64,000 nt of DNA from Bugula neritina (taxonomy: Eukaryota > Animalia > Bryozoa), in assembly GCA_964035545.1 (NCBI GenBank), contig OZ037773.1, forward strand, positions 463,751-527,750, written 5' to 3'. The translations under genes and the position numbers were made by a program. Shown piece by piece: positions 39,246-50,422 of the stretch (within the stretch, counting starts at the first letter, position 1; every line of letters starts with the position of its first letter). The notes beneath the pieces are model-generated. The model was not told the origin of the DNA and ran no database searches. It worked only from the letters and a program-made list of their open reading frames with translations.

Positions 39246-40027
39246 GTCACACTCGACCCGTTACGACCAGTGTACGGGATAGAGCACTTCCCGCTCCGCA
39301 TCATGAGAAGTATACCAATGGTGATCGGCCCGAGCCGCTGCGCCGCTGTTGGCGGTGGGTGTCGCCAGAAACAGAGGAGCAGATAGAAACAGCCTGGGGA
39401 TCCAAAGGAAGGACGCGGTGCCAGATTTGTGACGAAGAGTGCGCCTCTCACCGCTCCTTGAAGCTGCATGTCAACGCCCACCTGCTACTCACATTCTGCC
39501 CCTGTGGATATAGTGATGTCTACCCCTACCCCGTCACCAGACATCGGGCGACGGGCTGTTTCTCCGGAGAGAATTACGTGGTAGATGCCAAACTCTATCC
39601 CGAATTCTTAACTCTAATACTACCCCTAGTGAAGAAGGCGATGTTGTTGGCCGTCCTGACCTCGGGTTTCCAGCGCGTACTAGACTACGCCAGGCAACAA
39701 TCTCCATTGGTATCCGACCGCCCTCAGATTGTGTACACCCCCAAAGAGTTTTCCTATCCCGAAGAAGGAGAAGTCTCCCCTATCCCGACGAAAAGACGGA
39801 CCCGGTCTCCAAGCCCCCCTCTTCGTCGAAGACGGACACCGTCCCCAGATCCCGCTCGCCTAGCCACGGTGGAAGAACGCCTCCTCCGATTGCAGGCTGA
39901 GTTTACCCAGTTAGCACCGGATCTGCTTAATACCACGACGGGACTCTTTCAGTTAAAAGGTTCGGTTGGCCGGATTAAGAGGAAGTTACGTACCTGCCAG
40001 GCCAAACATCGGCTTGCCAAACACTGA
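39246..40027 (+). CDS. ORF3 of outer element: zinc-finger, Arg/Ser/Pro-rich, coiled-coil accessory protein, predicted to be spliced to leader exon 29435-29477 (about 274 aa)
   Basis: Uninterrupted ORF between pol and the 3' LTR; C-x2-C-x12-H-x3-H and C-x-C-x12-H-x4-C motifs; branch point TACTAAC (39220-39226) and acceptor CTCTTTCAG (ends 39245) in the same phase as donor AG|GTGAGC at 29478. Confidence 0.8.
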
Positions 40028-40325
40028 CTCTGGTTCTGTTGCCCGGAATGATCCACAAACCTCATCCTTTTGGGGGGGAACCCAAGACTGTCGTGTAAAT
40101 GCTTGACTGCTCGACAGCTCGATTCCTTGTCCAATACTACAACTAGCCGGTATTCTCTCTCTATAGCTGGCCAATTGTATGTGACCTGCTGTTATAATGA
40201 CTCTGTCTGTTATTGTATATCTTTATATATATGTTATGTCTTTTCCTTTGGTCTACTGATGTATGTGGTTAATGATGGAACAATTCTTTTATATCAGAAA
40301 GAGGGCTTTCTGCTGGTGGGGGCGG

Positions 40326-40632
40326 TGTGGTGGCTCGTGGAGCTACCAGCAGCACGATACACAGGGTCGCGTAATTGACCCGGAACAATGACAGCCAATT
40401 AGCGGCTCTAGTAGTTAGTAGCAGTAGTAGTTTTCCCGCTGTTAGTCAGTCGAAGTTAGAGTGTTGAATAGCCTAGATGTGTGGAATTATTAAATGTATT
40501 TGTATCGTTTTTGTAATGTGTTCTTGTGTCTAAAATATATACTCGTTCACTCGACTTAACCTGGTGAAGTTCTCTAGCAAGTAATTAGACTCTCTGGATT
40601 GCATATCAACCCTAATACTGAAAATCATAACA
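40326..40632 (+). repeat. 3' LTR of outer element
   Basis: Direct repeat of 29095-29401, preceded by G-rich GGTGGGGGCGG (PPT-like). Confidence 0.97.
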
Positions 40633-40788
40633 ATTTACACTTAGGAAATACATAATGATATTAAATATGTTAAATAATACATTATTATTTCCAAGTACAC
40701 CACTTTTTAAACTCACATCAGAGTGATTTAATAAATACATAATTTATACTATATGACTTTACAACTTGGTTGAAGTGGAAATATGTTT

Positions 40789-40924
40789 GGAGAGGAGGAG
40801 GGGAGAGAGGGAGGGGGAGGGGGAGGGGAGGGTAGGGAGAGGGGAGGGGAGAGAAAGAGAGGAAGGGGGAGGGGAGAGAGAGAGGGAGGGGGAGGGGAGG
40901 GGGAGGGAGAGGGGAGGGAGAGAG
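40789..40924 (+). repeat. Polypurine (GGGA/GGGGA) tract
   Basis: About 135 nt, almost exclusively G/A. Confidence 0.9.
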
Positions 40925-42260
40925 CTGGGATGCAAAAAATAAGTATCATTCAAGTGGTTATTAAGTGAATTATTTATTATCCATTCTATGTACGAAATGG
41001 ACAGCAGTTAGTATACAAAATAAATTGTGTACAAAACGAAAGTAACCCTGTATGATGATGCAATTAAATGAGTGAGTGAATGCTTGCAATTATAACGATA
41101 TTCCTGAAGATGTCAATAGTGAAGTCATCTACTTCCTATTGACATCTATTCATGATGAACTTCAAGTTTGCATTACACAGCAACTGCAAGTCATACTCAT
41201 TGTTAAACTAGTCAAGTGGTTGGTCCAGGTTATGCAATTAATTGTGATTACATCATCATCATAGAACAAAACAAAAGTAAGTGGATAGAACTTACCACTA
41301 CTATCATTTGTTAATTAATTCTGCATCAAGCCTTCAATCAAGTAATCCAGTAATTAGTATGACACGATTAGTCGCAAATTGTTGCAAAAACTTAGCACTG
41401 TTTCCACCACAATTGATGTTGTTAACAGCAACTACCTACTAGCAACTTAGTTTTCAGGCTTCCTTCTGTTTTCCTACTAGCACTATTGATGTTGCTGCAG
41501 CCGACTTTTTATGTTGGGGAAAACCCGAAGTAAAATTCCCCACGTTATTCTAAAATCTAAATAGGCTACTACACTGAGCTGGAATAGACCTGGAGAGGCC
41601 AAGGACGTTTTAGCGTGGCCAAATAGTTTAGCTCCGCCTTAACATGGAAAACTTAACCACGCCTACTTGTTTTGCACGCAGTAGTAGTAAAATCCATTAT
41701 AAATGCAAGCTATTAGAGCTTATATATTGAGGTAAACACTAAAAAATAATGAAAATTCAGCAATGTGAAGCAGGAACCAATTATTTTGTTTATTTTACTT
41801 TTGGTATTTGTAATTTCATGACTAATTATCATTTTATGAAGCATGTACCTCAAGTATATATGATAATAACTTTAATAACCTAACAAATGCATTACATATT
41901 TATTGATTAGATCAACACATTAGTCAAAATTAAATGAAAAGCAACAGCAAAGCAAATTTCAGCCTTAGTACATGAACACTGGCAGTAAGGATAACAAGTA
42001 TAAAAGTTTATAAATAATATAAAAAAACCGGTGGTAAGACACAGCTTTACAACACAGGCAAGTAACAGATTTCCTTAAACCTTTCAAAGTTTTAAATTCT
42101 GTTTTCAAGTGCTAATCTGAAAGCAATAAGTGATTAAAATGGAATTACAGAATAAACAAAAAATAATATTATATTGCAATAACAATATTTGTTATCATCT
42201 AATGTTATAATATAAATACTGTTGTAATAACTTCTAAACGATTAATTACCCACATCCTTA

Positions 42261-43726
42261 TTACTGGCCTCTAAACAGTACACTTTTGTTGCTACATTGC
42301 CTGAAATTTAGTTTGTGCATAGCAATATTTGTTAGTTTAGCAATGTGGTGCTGAAATAAGTCATAATATACTTCAATGAGTAAATTTAAAAGGGAGAAAT
42401 GATGATTTTCGATGCCTAATGATGTCTCCATGAATAACAGTTGTGCTATCTAATGGCTTAGAATTTCCTGAGTTGCCTGGATGTACACCACATCGGGTCA
42501 CCAATTTTCTAAAGATAGACTGAAAGCCAGTTACAGATGCGTTATTATTCCATCCACCTAGAACAGATATTAAAAAAATGCTTGGACATCAATTGCCTGT
42601 TCACAATTAATGATTGGATTATGTTTACCCAGAAAAAATGATGTTTTTTAGAACACAAGCAAAACCTTGCATGCAATTAAGCCAAAAAAGTCATTTAATT
42701 AAAAAATGCACAATTGCTTTGACACCACAGTTTTGGAAATTTTTGAAAATTCATTATCTTTGTCTCTTGGTATTCAAAAGTTAATAAAATTTACTTCATA
42801 TTGCGTGCATTTCAACCGCTAAGCTCAAGCAAAAAAATTCACTTTTCAACACAGTTGGTCCAACCGACCATCTTAGTTGCACCTATCAAAGCAAAGTGAA
42901 AAACCGAACACCTGAAGGAAAGAGATAAGAGAGCAAGAGAACAAATGAACATCTTAACATAAGTGCATGCAGACTGGGCTTCATGCATAGCAGTTTAGAG
43001 CTATAGCATACCACAGCTCTAAATGGTCTTGCGAAAATTTATACATTAGCAGATAGTCGAGCGTTTTAGGCACCAACAGTTTCTCCACCAACCCAAATAC
43101 TGTGTCAATGGCACATACAAGTCCAGTAATACAAACATGTCTGCAAATAACACAAATAGGGACAGGCACATATTAGATCTGAAATATAAGCAAGTAACAC
43201 TTTCTATGGTAATAGGAAATTTACCTTTTGGTCTTGTACAGAGGTATCTTTTCATTATTCTTTAGGCCTAGCAAATATTGCCGTGTATCTTTCAGAAAAG
43301 GAGTGATGACACTGATACCATTTAGATGTAAAGGCTGCTTGTAGCCTTTAGCTATTGCTGATCGACTATTCAGGATGTCAAACAACCGATCAACTCGCTA
43401 CAGAAAAAGTAACATCAGCAGAACATGGGACGATTGCAGTTACAGTATTTTAAAGAAATAAAACCAAAAGCTGTAACAAACCCTAATGAAGTTGATGGTA
43501 GCATCACACTGCTGGAATTTAGAGAGTCCCAACTGTTTCAGCGTATCTAGTGAGTCAGCCACTGAAGCTGACAGCAACTGGGTAGCAAGAGACACCTGAG
43601 TAGATGACACAATAAAGATATTAGTTCAACACTCAATTATAACTGCATTGCCAAAGTAGCGCTTTACTAGTAGTAGTAGTAGCAGTAGGCTAGTAGTAGT
43701 AGTAGCAGTAGGTTAGTAGTAGAAGT

Positions 43727-43806
<80 letters not shown>

Positions 43807-44538
43807 TAGCAGTAGGCTAGTAGTGGTAGTAGCAGTAGGCTAGTAGTAGCAGTAGGCTAGTAGTAGCAGTAGGCTAGTAGTAGTAGTAACAGTAGGCTAG
43901 TAGTAGTAGTACTAGTAGTAGCAGTAGGCTAGTAGTAGTAGTAGTAGTAGCAGTAGGCTAGTAGTAGTAGTAGCAGTAGGCTAGTAGTAGCAGTAGGCTA
44001 GTAGTAGTAGTAGCAGTAGGCTAGTAGTAGCAGTAGGCTAGTAGTAGTAGTAGGCTAGTAGTAGTAGTAACAGTAGGCTAGTAGTAGTAGTACTAGTAGT
44101 AGCAGTAGGCTAGTACTAGTAGTAGTAGTAGTAGTAGCAGTAGGCTAGTAGTAGTAGTAGCAGCAGTAGTAGTAGTAGTTGTACTATCATACTGATACTG
44201 TAAGTATAACATTAGCCATTAGCCTTAGCTATTAGTATTAGTATTACTACTAGTACTACTAGTAGTAGTAGTAGTAGTAGTAGTAGTACTAGTAGTAGAG
44301 TACTACTAGTAGGCAGCAGCACCGCTACCACAACTATTAAGCCTACTGTTACGCTAGTTCATGTATTACTTTCACTGATTGTTGTAACTAAAGCCATATA
44401 CTTACTTGTGAAAAGAGATTTTTTTGTCTTTATGTAACTGCTGTACTGGTAGTTGCGGCAATTGTATGCATAACACTGAGACTCAGTGGTCTTGCTTCTT
44501 TGACCCTTAGTTTGCTTAGGATACGGAGAATTCGACAT
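42261..44538 (-). pseudogene. THAP9-like transposase remnant
   Basis: THAP start CYAYNCRN...ISFH (~44405-44480); VSLATQLLSASVADSL (~43482-43596); RVDRLFDILNSRSAIAKGYKQPL (~43320-43397); YLLMYKFSQDHLELW (~43011-43060); GGWNNNASVTGFQSIFRKL (~42500-42558); C-terminus ...RQCSNKSVLFRGQ-stop at 42261. Confidence 0.88.
43665..44312. repeat. Compound (AGT)n/(AGC)n microsatellite with AGGCT interruptions, inside the P element
   Basis: Direct inspection. Confidence 0.95.
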
Positions 44539-47500
44539 GTTTAACGAAGTAGAGGTGATAGAAAACACAATTAAATAAAAATATAGTCGCTTCAGATATA
44601 AAGCAGGACAAAAAACAAAGTTTAAAAGTGAGATTCACTCAATCGAAATGATGGACGACCGGCTCTATTTTCTCCCGCTAGAAAAAGAGCATGCTCGGGC
44701 TCACAAAGCCAATCGGCAACGAGGTTGCATTACAAAGTACAATCGTACCCATTCCAGTTAATAATTATTGAGTTCATTGGGCTACTACCATTACTATGTC
44801 AACATTCTATTTTAGTGAGAAAATAACTTCTAGTTTAGAACACTGCATGTAACTTAGTACAGGAGTTGTTCTTTCATTTCTGATTTTGCTGGACTGGGTT
44901 TTTTTTATGTTTGAACATATATTTTATGTAATACATAAAAATTAAATTAAAAAGTATTTTTAGAAATTTTATTGTGTATTTTGTTTTATTGTTCTGTAGC
45001 TTTGTGTTTCATTTGTTTTGAGGCTACAACCCACTCATGGCCGATCCTGATAATTCGTGCAGTCTATACTGATACGCTCATTACGGTACTTGGTTGAGTC
45101 AAAGGCCCAAATTGTTAGTGCTGCATTTACTAATTCTGGAATATACGGTTAGTGTTGCTTCAAGAGCAATTTTTGTTTATCTTCCATTATTCCGTCGAGA
45201 GTATTGCTTCAGCATAATGATAATGACACAGACAAAACAGATAGACTTAGTCTTACAGTTACACTTACTCTTAGTCTTAGACTTCGAGTTAGAGTTAGAG
45301 ATACTCAGATACTCGTACTGAATCATTATAACTATAAGTATAATTGACTACTCAAAGTTCAAGTTGAGTCAAAGTCAATAATTTAAGTTGTACTCATACT
45401 GATACTCATATTTTAACTTTAAGTTTAAGTTTAACTTATTCAGTATAACTTATATTAACTTATAGTTATAGTAAATCACTGTTTAGTAAATCACTGATTT
45501 AGTAAATGTGATAGTAATACTATAACTATAAGTTAATATAAGTATTACTATTACTATTAGTATTACTTAGTATTAGTATTAGTAGTACTATTAATATAAG
45601 TATTACTATTAGTTGTAGTTATACTTATGCTTATAGTTATAGTCTATACTCAAAGTCAATACTGATTGGTGATTAGTCTAAATTGAAATTACTAATTCAG
45701 TAATTGAGTATTACTATTACTATTAGTATTAGTATTACTATTAGTGAATAGTCATACTCATTATCGTACTCATACTGATACAGTAATAACTATCACCGAC
45801 AGTTAAACTTAAAGGTAATGTTATCAGTTGTGTATACTTATAGTTATACTATAACTTATAACTTATAAGTTATAGTTACACAGTTACACTTATACTTAGA
45901 GTTATATTTAATAATTTATAGTTGTTAGCAGTCACATACCGTACCTTATAACTATTACTATACAAGTTTATACTTATAGTTTTAGTAAATTACTTCACTT
46001 CAAGTTTATTAATATTACTTATGAACTATGGTTATACTAAGTCTAACAGTAACTCACAGTTAAACTTATGGTAATATTAATACTAATACTAATACCAATA
46101 GTAGAATTAGATGTAATAGACATAGTTGCAACTTACAAGTATAATTTATACTTGTGGTTATAATAATACCATTACAGTATTACTATTACTATTACTATTA
46201 GTATTACTATTAGTAATAGTAATACTGGTGGTAATACTGTTACTTTATGAGTGAGTGTAATAGTAATACTAATAGTCAATGCGGATGCTTATATTTATAC
46301 TTACACGTTTCGATGAATATTATTATTTATAATAATTTTGAGAATAATGATAACGAATATCACTGATTTTTAATTTGAATTTGATAAACTCAAAGTTAAA
46401 GTGATAAACATTAAGTGATTAACATAATCTTATTATCATAATCATAATGAGTTGATGACCAAGTCTAATGGGCCAGCCACAATGGCTAATTGTCATTGAG
46501 TAGTTAATTTTTATTTATTATAATCATAATAACTATAAGTATTAGTAATTTACTAATTATCAGTAGCCCAAGAATAGTGATAAATAAATATCACTAACAA
46601 TGACTTTAGTCTAGTCTCTAAGTGTTACTGTTAGGGTAAGTGATAATCATTATGTTAAACTGAAAGCTAAAGTAATTAAAGCTAAACTAATTGAATAAAT
46701 GTAACACAAATAAAATAATATAATTATTATAACATACTTACAGTTGCTGCTTAGTATACAAATGACAGAGTATAAAATTTTCTATACATAGTTACTTACT
46801 CTTAGTATTACTATTATACTTATAGTTATGCTAATTTACTAACTAAAAATAATTTAAATTGTAATACAAGTACTAGTAGCAATAGTAATGCTGTTATAGT
46901 ATTACTATTATCAATGCCATGTCTACTAACAAGTATTATTATTTTTGCTATTAGATTTATTCTCAAGGTTAGCATTAGTCATTAAATTCAATGTCTAACA
47001 ATTACTCACCAGTCTTAAAAGTAAAACCATAATTATAATAATTATTATTGTAAAATATTATAATCATTATCACAGTGATAGTCAAAATTATAATGTCAAT
47101 GATGATGAAGTTGAATAAGAATTTAAGATAAACAAATGGAAATAGTCTAATACAATAGTAATAGTTACAAGTACTCCAGACTAAAAGTAGCAGTTGAGTA
47201 GGCCTACAATAACTTCAAGTATTATCATTTACTATAATTGATAATACTAGAATTAATCACTATAGTCTTGCCTGATTTAGTGTAAGCATTGCTTAATACT
47301 ATGCCTATTAATAAAGTGAGTTATAGTATAAAAATACTAATACATTTAGGAGCATAGTGGAGAAATTTCCATAGCCTAAGTTCTTTAATTTTCTTATTAA
47401 ATTTGGTTTTAGACCAGGGTTGAATAAGACAACGTAACGTCATTTGCTACATTTCTTATTTAGAACACAGACTTTTCTCGATTTCTCCATTACTGCCCCG

Positions 47501-50116
47501 CCTTTACTATTACCTCCATGCCTACTACTAGTGGCTCTAGTGATATCAGTATGACTTGAGCTATAAACTTGTATTATTTAATTAGTCTAGTTCACTTTGA
47601 GTTTAGCCTTGTTTTTTTGTTTAATTTATTGTTTTATTGTTTAATTGTGTTTAGTCTCATCACTAGAACTAGAAGTAATTTACTAAATAATATATCAAGA
47701 TGATCATGACAATCAGTAGAGTGGAGCCGTTATGATTGTACCTATTTTATTATGAGGCCAATAGTGATTGACCCACTATAGTCATAGTGGTTGACCCTGG
47801 TCTAAACTTTTAAAGTTTATGCTAATAATAAACTACTAGGTTCTCATCTAGCTGCTTGTTGTAATGCTAATAGACACTTGTTTTAGTAACAGTTATACGA
47901 GTTTATAGTCAAAATAATAAGATCAGATGACGGTTGTTGTTATGCTAGGCTAGTACTAGTACTATCTCAAACTTGTTGTTACTTGAGAGCTTCCTTTGAC
48001 ATTATTACTATGTCTAGCAGCTGTAATCAACTGTCTACTGCTCTAGCATGGACTTAGTACTGTATTTGAGAATATCTTAGTTTGCGTTTAAATCCTGCCT
48101 TGAGATGGGACCTACGCTGCTTATTAGGGTAAAGTTGCTGGGTTCCACCATTGATTCTGATTACCAGTGACCTATTTAGGGTTTAAAGGCAACACTTTAA
48201 TTTAAAAGCATACCTGGTTATTTTAAAGTGAAATTTTATTTTTGCCAGTTTGAATATCACTGGCAGTTACCAGATTTATTTCTCATCTTGTCAGCATATT
48301 AGAGATTTTATATACTTCATATAAACCTCGGAATTAGATCTTCAAATCTATTTTTTATTTATAATATGACTGCTAGTTTTTCAGTCTTTATACTTAGCAA
48401 TCTTATGTCGCTTCAATCACATTCATAAGTATTTAATGTATGTAAATGAAGTTTTCTTTGCTATTGATTAGCCAAATTGTAATTGAATAAGTAGATGACC
48501 TGGAAGTAGGATATATGCTGAGTTAGTTTTTATTAATTTAGTGAAGATGCTATAGAAAGATAGATTTTTTGGCTTTCTGTGAGCGTCCACTCTAATAAGT
48601 TGTTGGAATCAGAACTGCAAGCTGCAAAGGGTACAAGTTAGAAGTGTGTTTGAGCAATATAAATAAAATCTTCCGTCATTTTTACATCACTAGAAATATG
48701 AATATTTCATCAAGTCATGTGTATAAAATTATTACATTAAACTTTAAACATCTTAAACCGTGGTACAAAACACCATGTTGATGCTAAACCATGAACTCTG
48801 GCTTTCTGGTTATATTCAAAAAATGCAGCAACAGTAAACTTTTCAGCTGCTCTGTAAGCTTACAGATATATTTTCTGGCTGAAGTTGGCTCATGGTTTCT
48901 GCAGGTCACAATCAATTGCCTCTTAGAAAATAATTGCTATATACATTTTGTTGCATCACCAGTTTCTTTGGGTAATCTTTGGGTTAATTTCAGCCATTTC
49001 CTGAATTTGTTTTGTCAACTGATGAGTTTAATATTATGTAACATCTGTTGATAATTGCCAGTGCCTGTTGCATAATGGCCAAGTGTAATGAGGTACAGAT
49101 GTAAATGACTCATACAATCACAGTATTAAAACTTGGCATAGTTGCAACAAATACAATTAGACAACACAATAATGTTATTCTATTCTCATCAGTAACAATA
49201 GATTTTATAGATGATTTTGTAATAGATATTATCTTTTTATTATGTTTTTATTACCAAACATTAAACAAGATTTGGCATGTTATAGGAAACTGGTACTGTA
49301 AGCTCACTAAACTCCTGCAGAGTTTAATATCAAGCCTGTGAACATGCAAACTCACTGTGTACTGAAACAATACATAAACTAGACATAACACAGTTTAACA
49401 TAACATTAGTGTTTGTCCTGTAAGTTACATGCTCATGCAAATTGTCACCAAATCTATCATTTCTCCACCTGCTTTCCCATCATCTATCTGAAAATTAATT
49501 TATCTTCCAACAAAGAGCCTAATAAAGTTACTAAATTGCCTAAATGCAATTACTTTCCAGTTTGGCATTAAGTGGTACTTGGAATATGCTTGAGTGCCAC
49601 TTGAGTGATCTCAACAGTACATTCACAGTCTATACTCTATAGTCTATACAATAACGCTGGTTGTGACAGTCACCTCTGATTTATTGCATCTTTCAACTAA
49701 GTAGTGGTTCTTATTTTAGAAACATATTTGATTGCAGCATAAATAAATTACCTCAATTCCCTTCACAATAAAGCAAACCAAAGATTGTAAATCATTGGCA
49801 ATACTGCAAACTGACGTGGAAGAACTTTTTTCACTTAGATGAGAAAATACAATTATTGCCAATGCTGGTATCAGCAACCCCCTTTCTAGTTTGTATTACA
49901 CCACTGTATCAGCAACTCCCTGTCTAGTTTATATTACACCACTGTATCAGCAACCCCCTGTCTAGTTTGTATTGCACCACTGGGTTTTGTGTGAACTGAA
50001 ATGGAATTGAGGAAGTGCTGATTGAGTTAAAGATTTTCTCTAAATTCTCACAGAATTACTGCTAGCATGAATGAATATGATTCATAATGCTTTGTAAAAA
50101 TCTAACTAGTGCTTGT

Positions 50117-50316
50117 ATACAGGTATACTACTATGTGGTAACACATACACAGGTGTACTACTATGTGGTAACACATACACAGGTATACTACTATATGGTA
50201 ACACATACACAGGTGTACTACTATGTGGTAACACATACACAGGTATACTACTATATGGTAACACATACACAGGTGTACTACTATGTGGTAACACATACAC
50301 AGGTGTACTATTATGT
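50117..50316. repeat. 30-bp tandem repeat ACAGGTATACTACTATGTGGTAACACATAC
   Basis: About 6.5 copies just upstream of the acceptor at 50337. Confidence 0.92.
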
Positions 50317-50422
50317 AATACCAGGTGCTGTTTGCAGGTAGTCACAGTCAAGTGACTGAAAGATGGCGAGCAGCTGCCTGTGACCTTCACCTTTTGTCTG
50401 TGAAATCTCCTTTCGATCAAAT

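Larger units (their letters stand above)
29095..40632 (+). mobile_element. Full-length Ty3/gypsy LTR retrotransposon (outer element) with disrupted gag-pol and an extra ORF3
   Basis: 307-bp TG...CA LTRs (29095-29401, 40326-40632) differing at 1 position; 4-bp TSD ATTT (29091-29094, 40633-40636); PBS; domain order PR-RT-RH-IN. Confidence 0.97.
41572..44779 (-). mobile_element. P-superfamily (THAP9-type) DNA transposon, internally deleted, with spliceosomal introns
   Basis: Perfect 8-bp TSD GGCTACTA (41564-41571, 44780-44787); short imperfect TIR CACTGAGCT vs CAATGAACT; minus-strand transposase fragments. Confidence 0.88.

Noticed and set aside
39212-40027. ORF3 as an envelope gene
   Set aside because: No signal peptide, no furin site followed by a fusion peptide and no C-terminal transmembrane anchor; it has zinc-finger and basic motifs instead
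47408-47806. Possible hAT MITE bounded by TTTAGACCAGGGT and ACCCTGGTCTAAA
   Set aside because: A 13-bp inverted repeat is present, but the flanks do not form a direct TSD and the match does not extend inward
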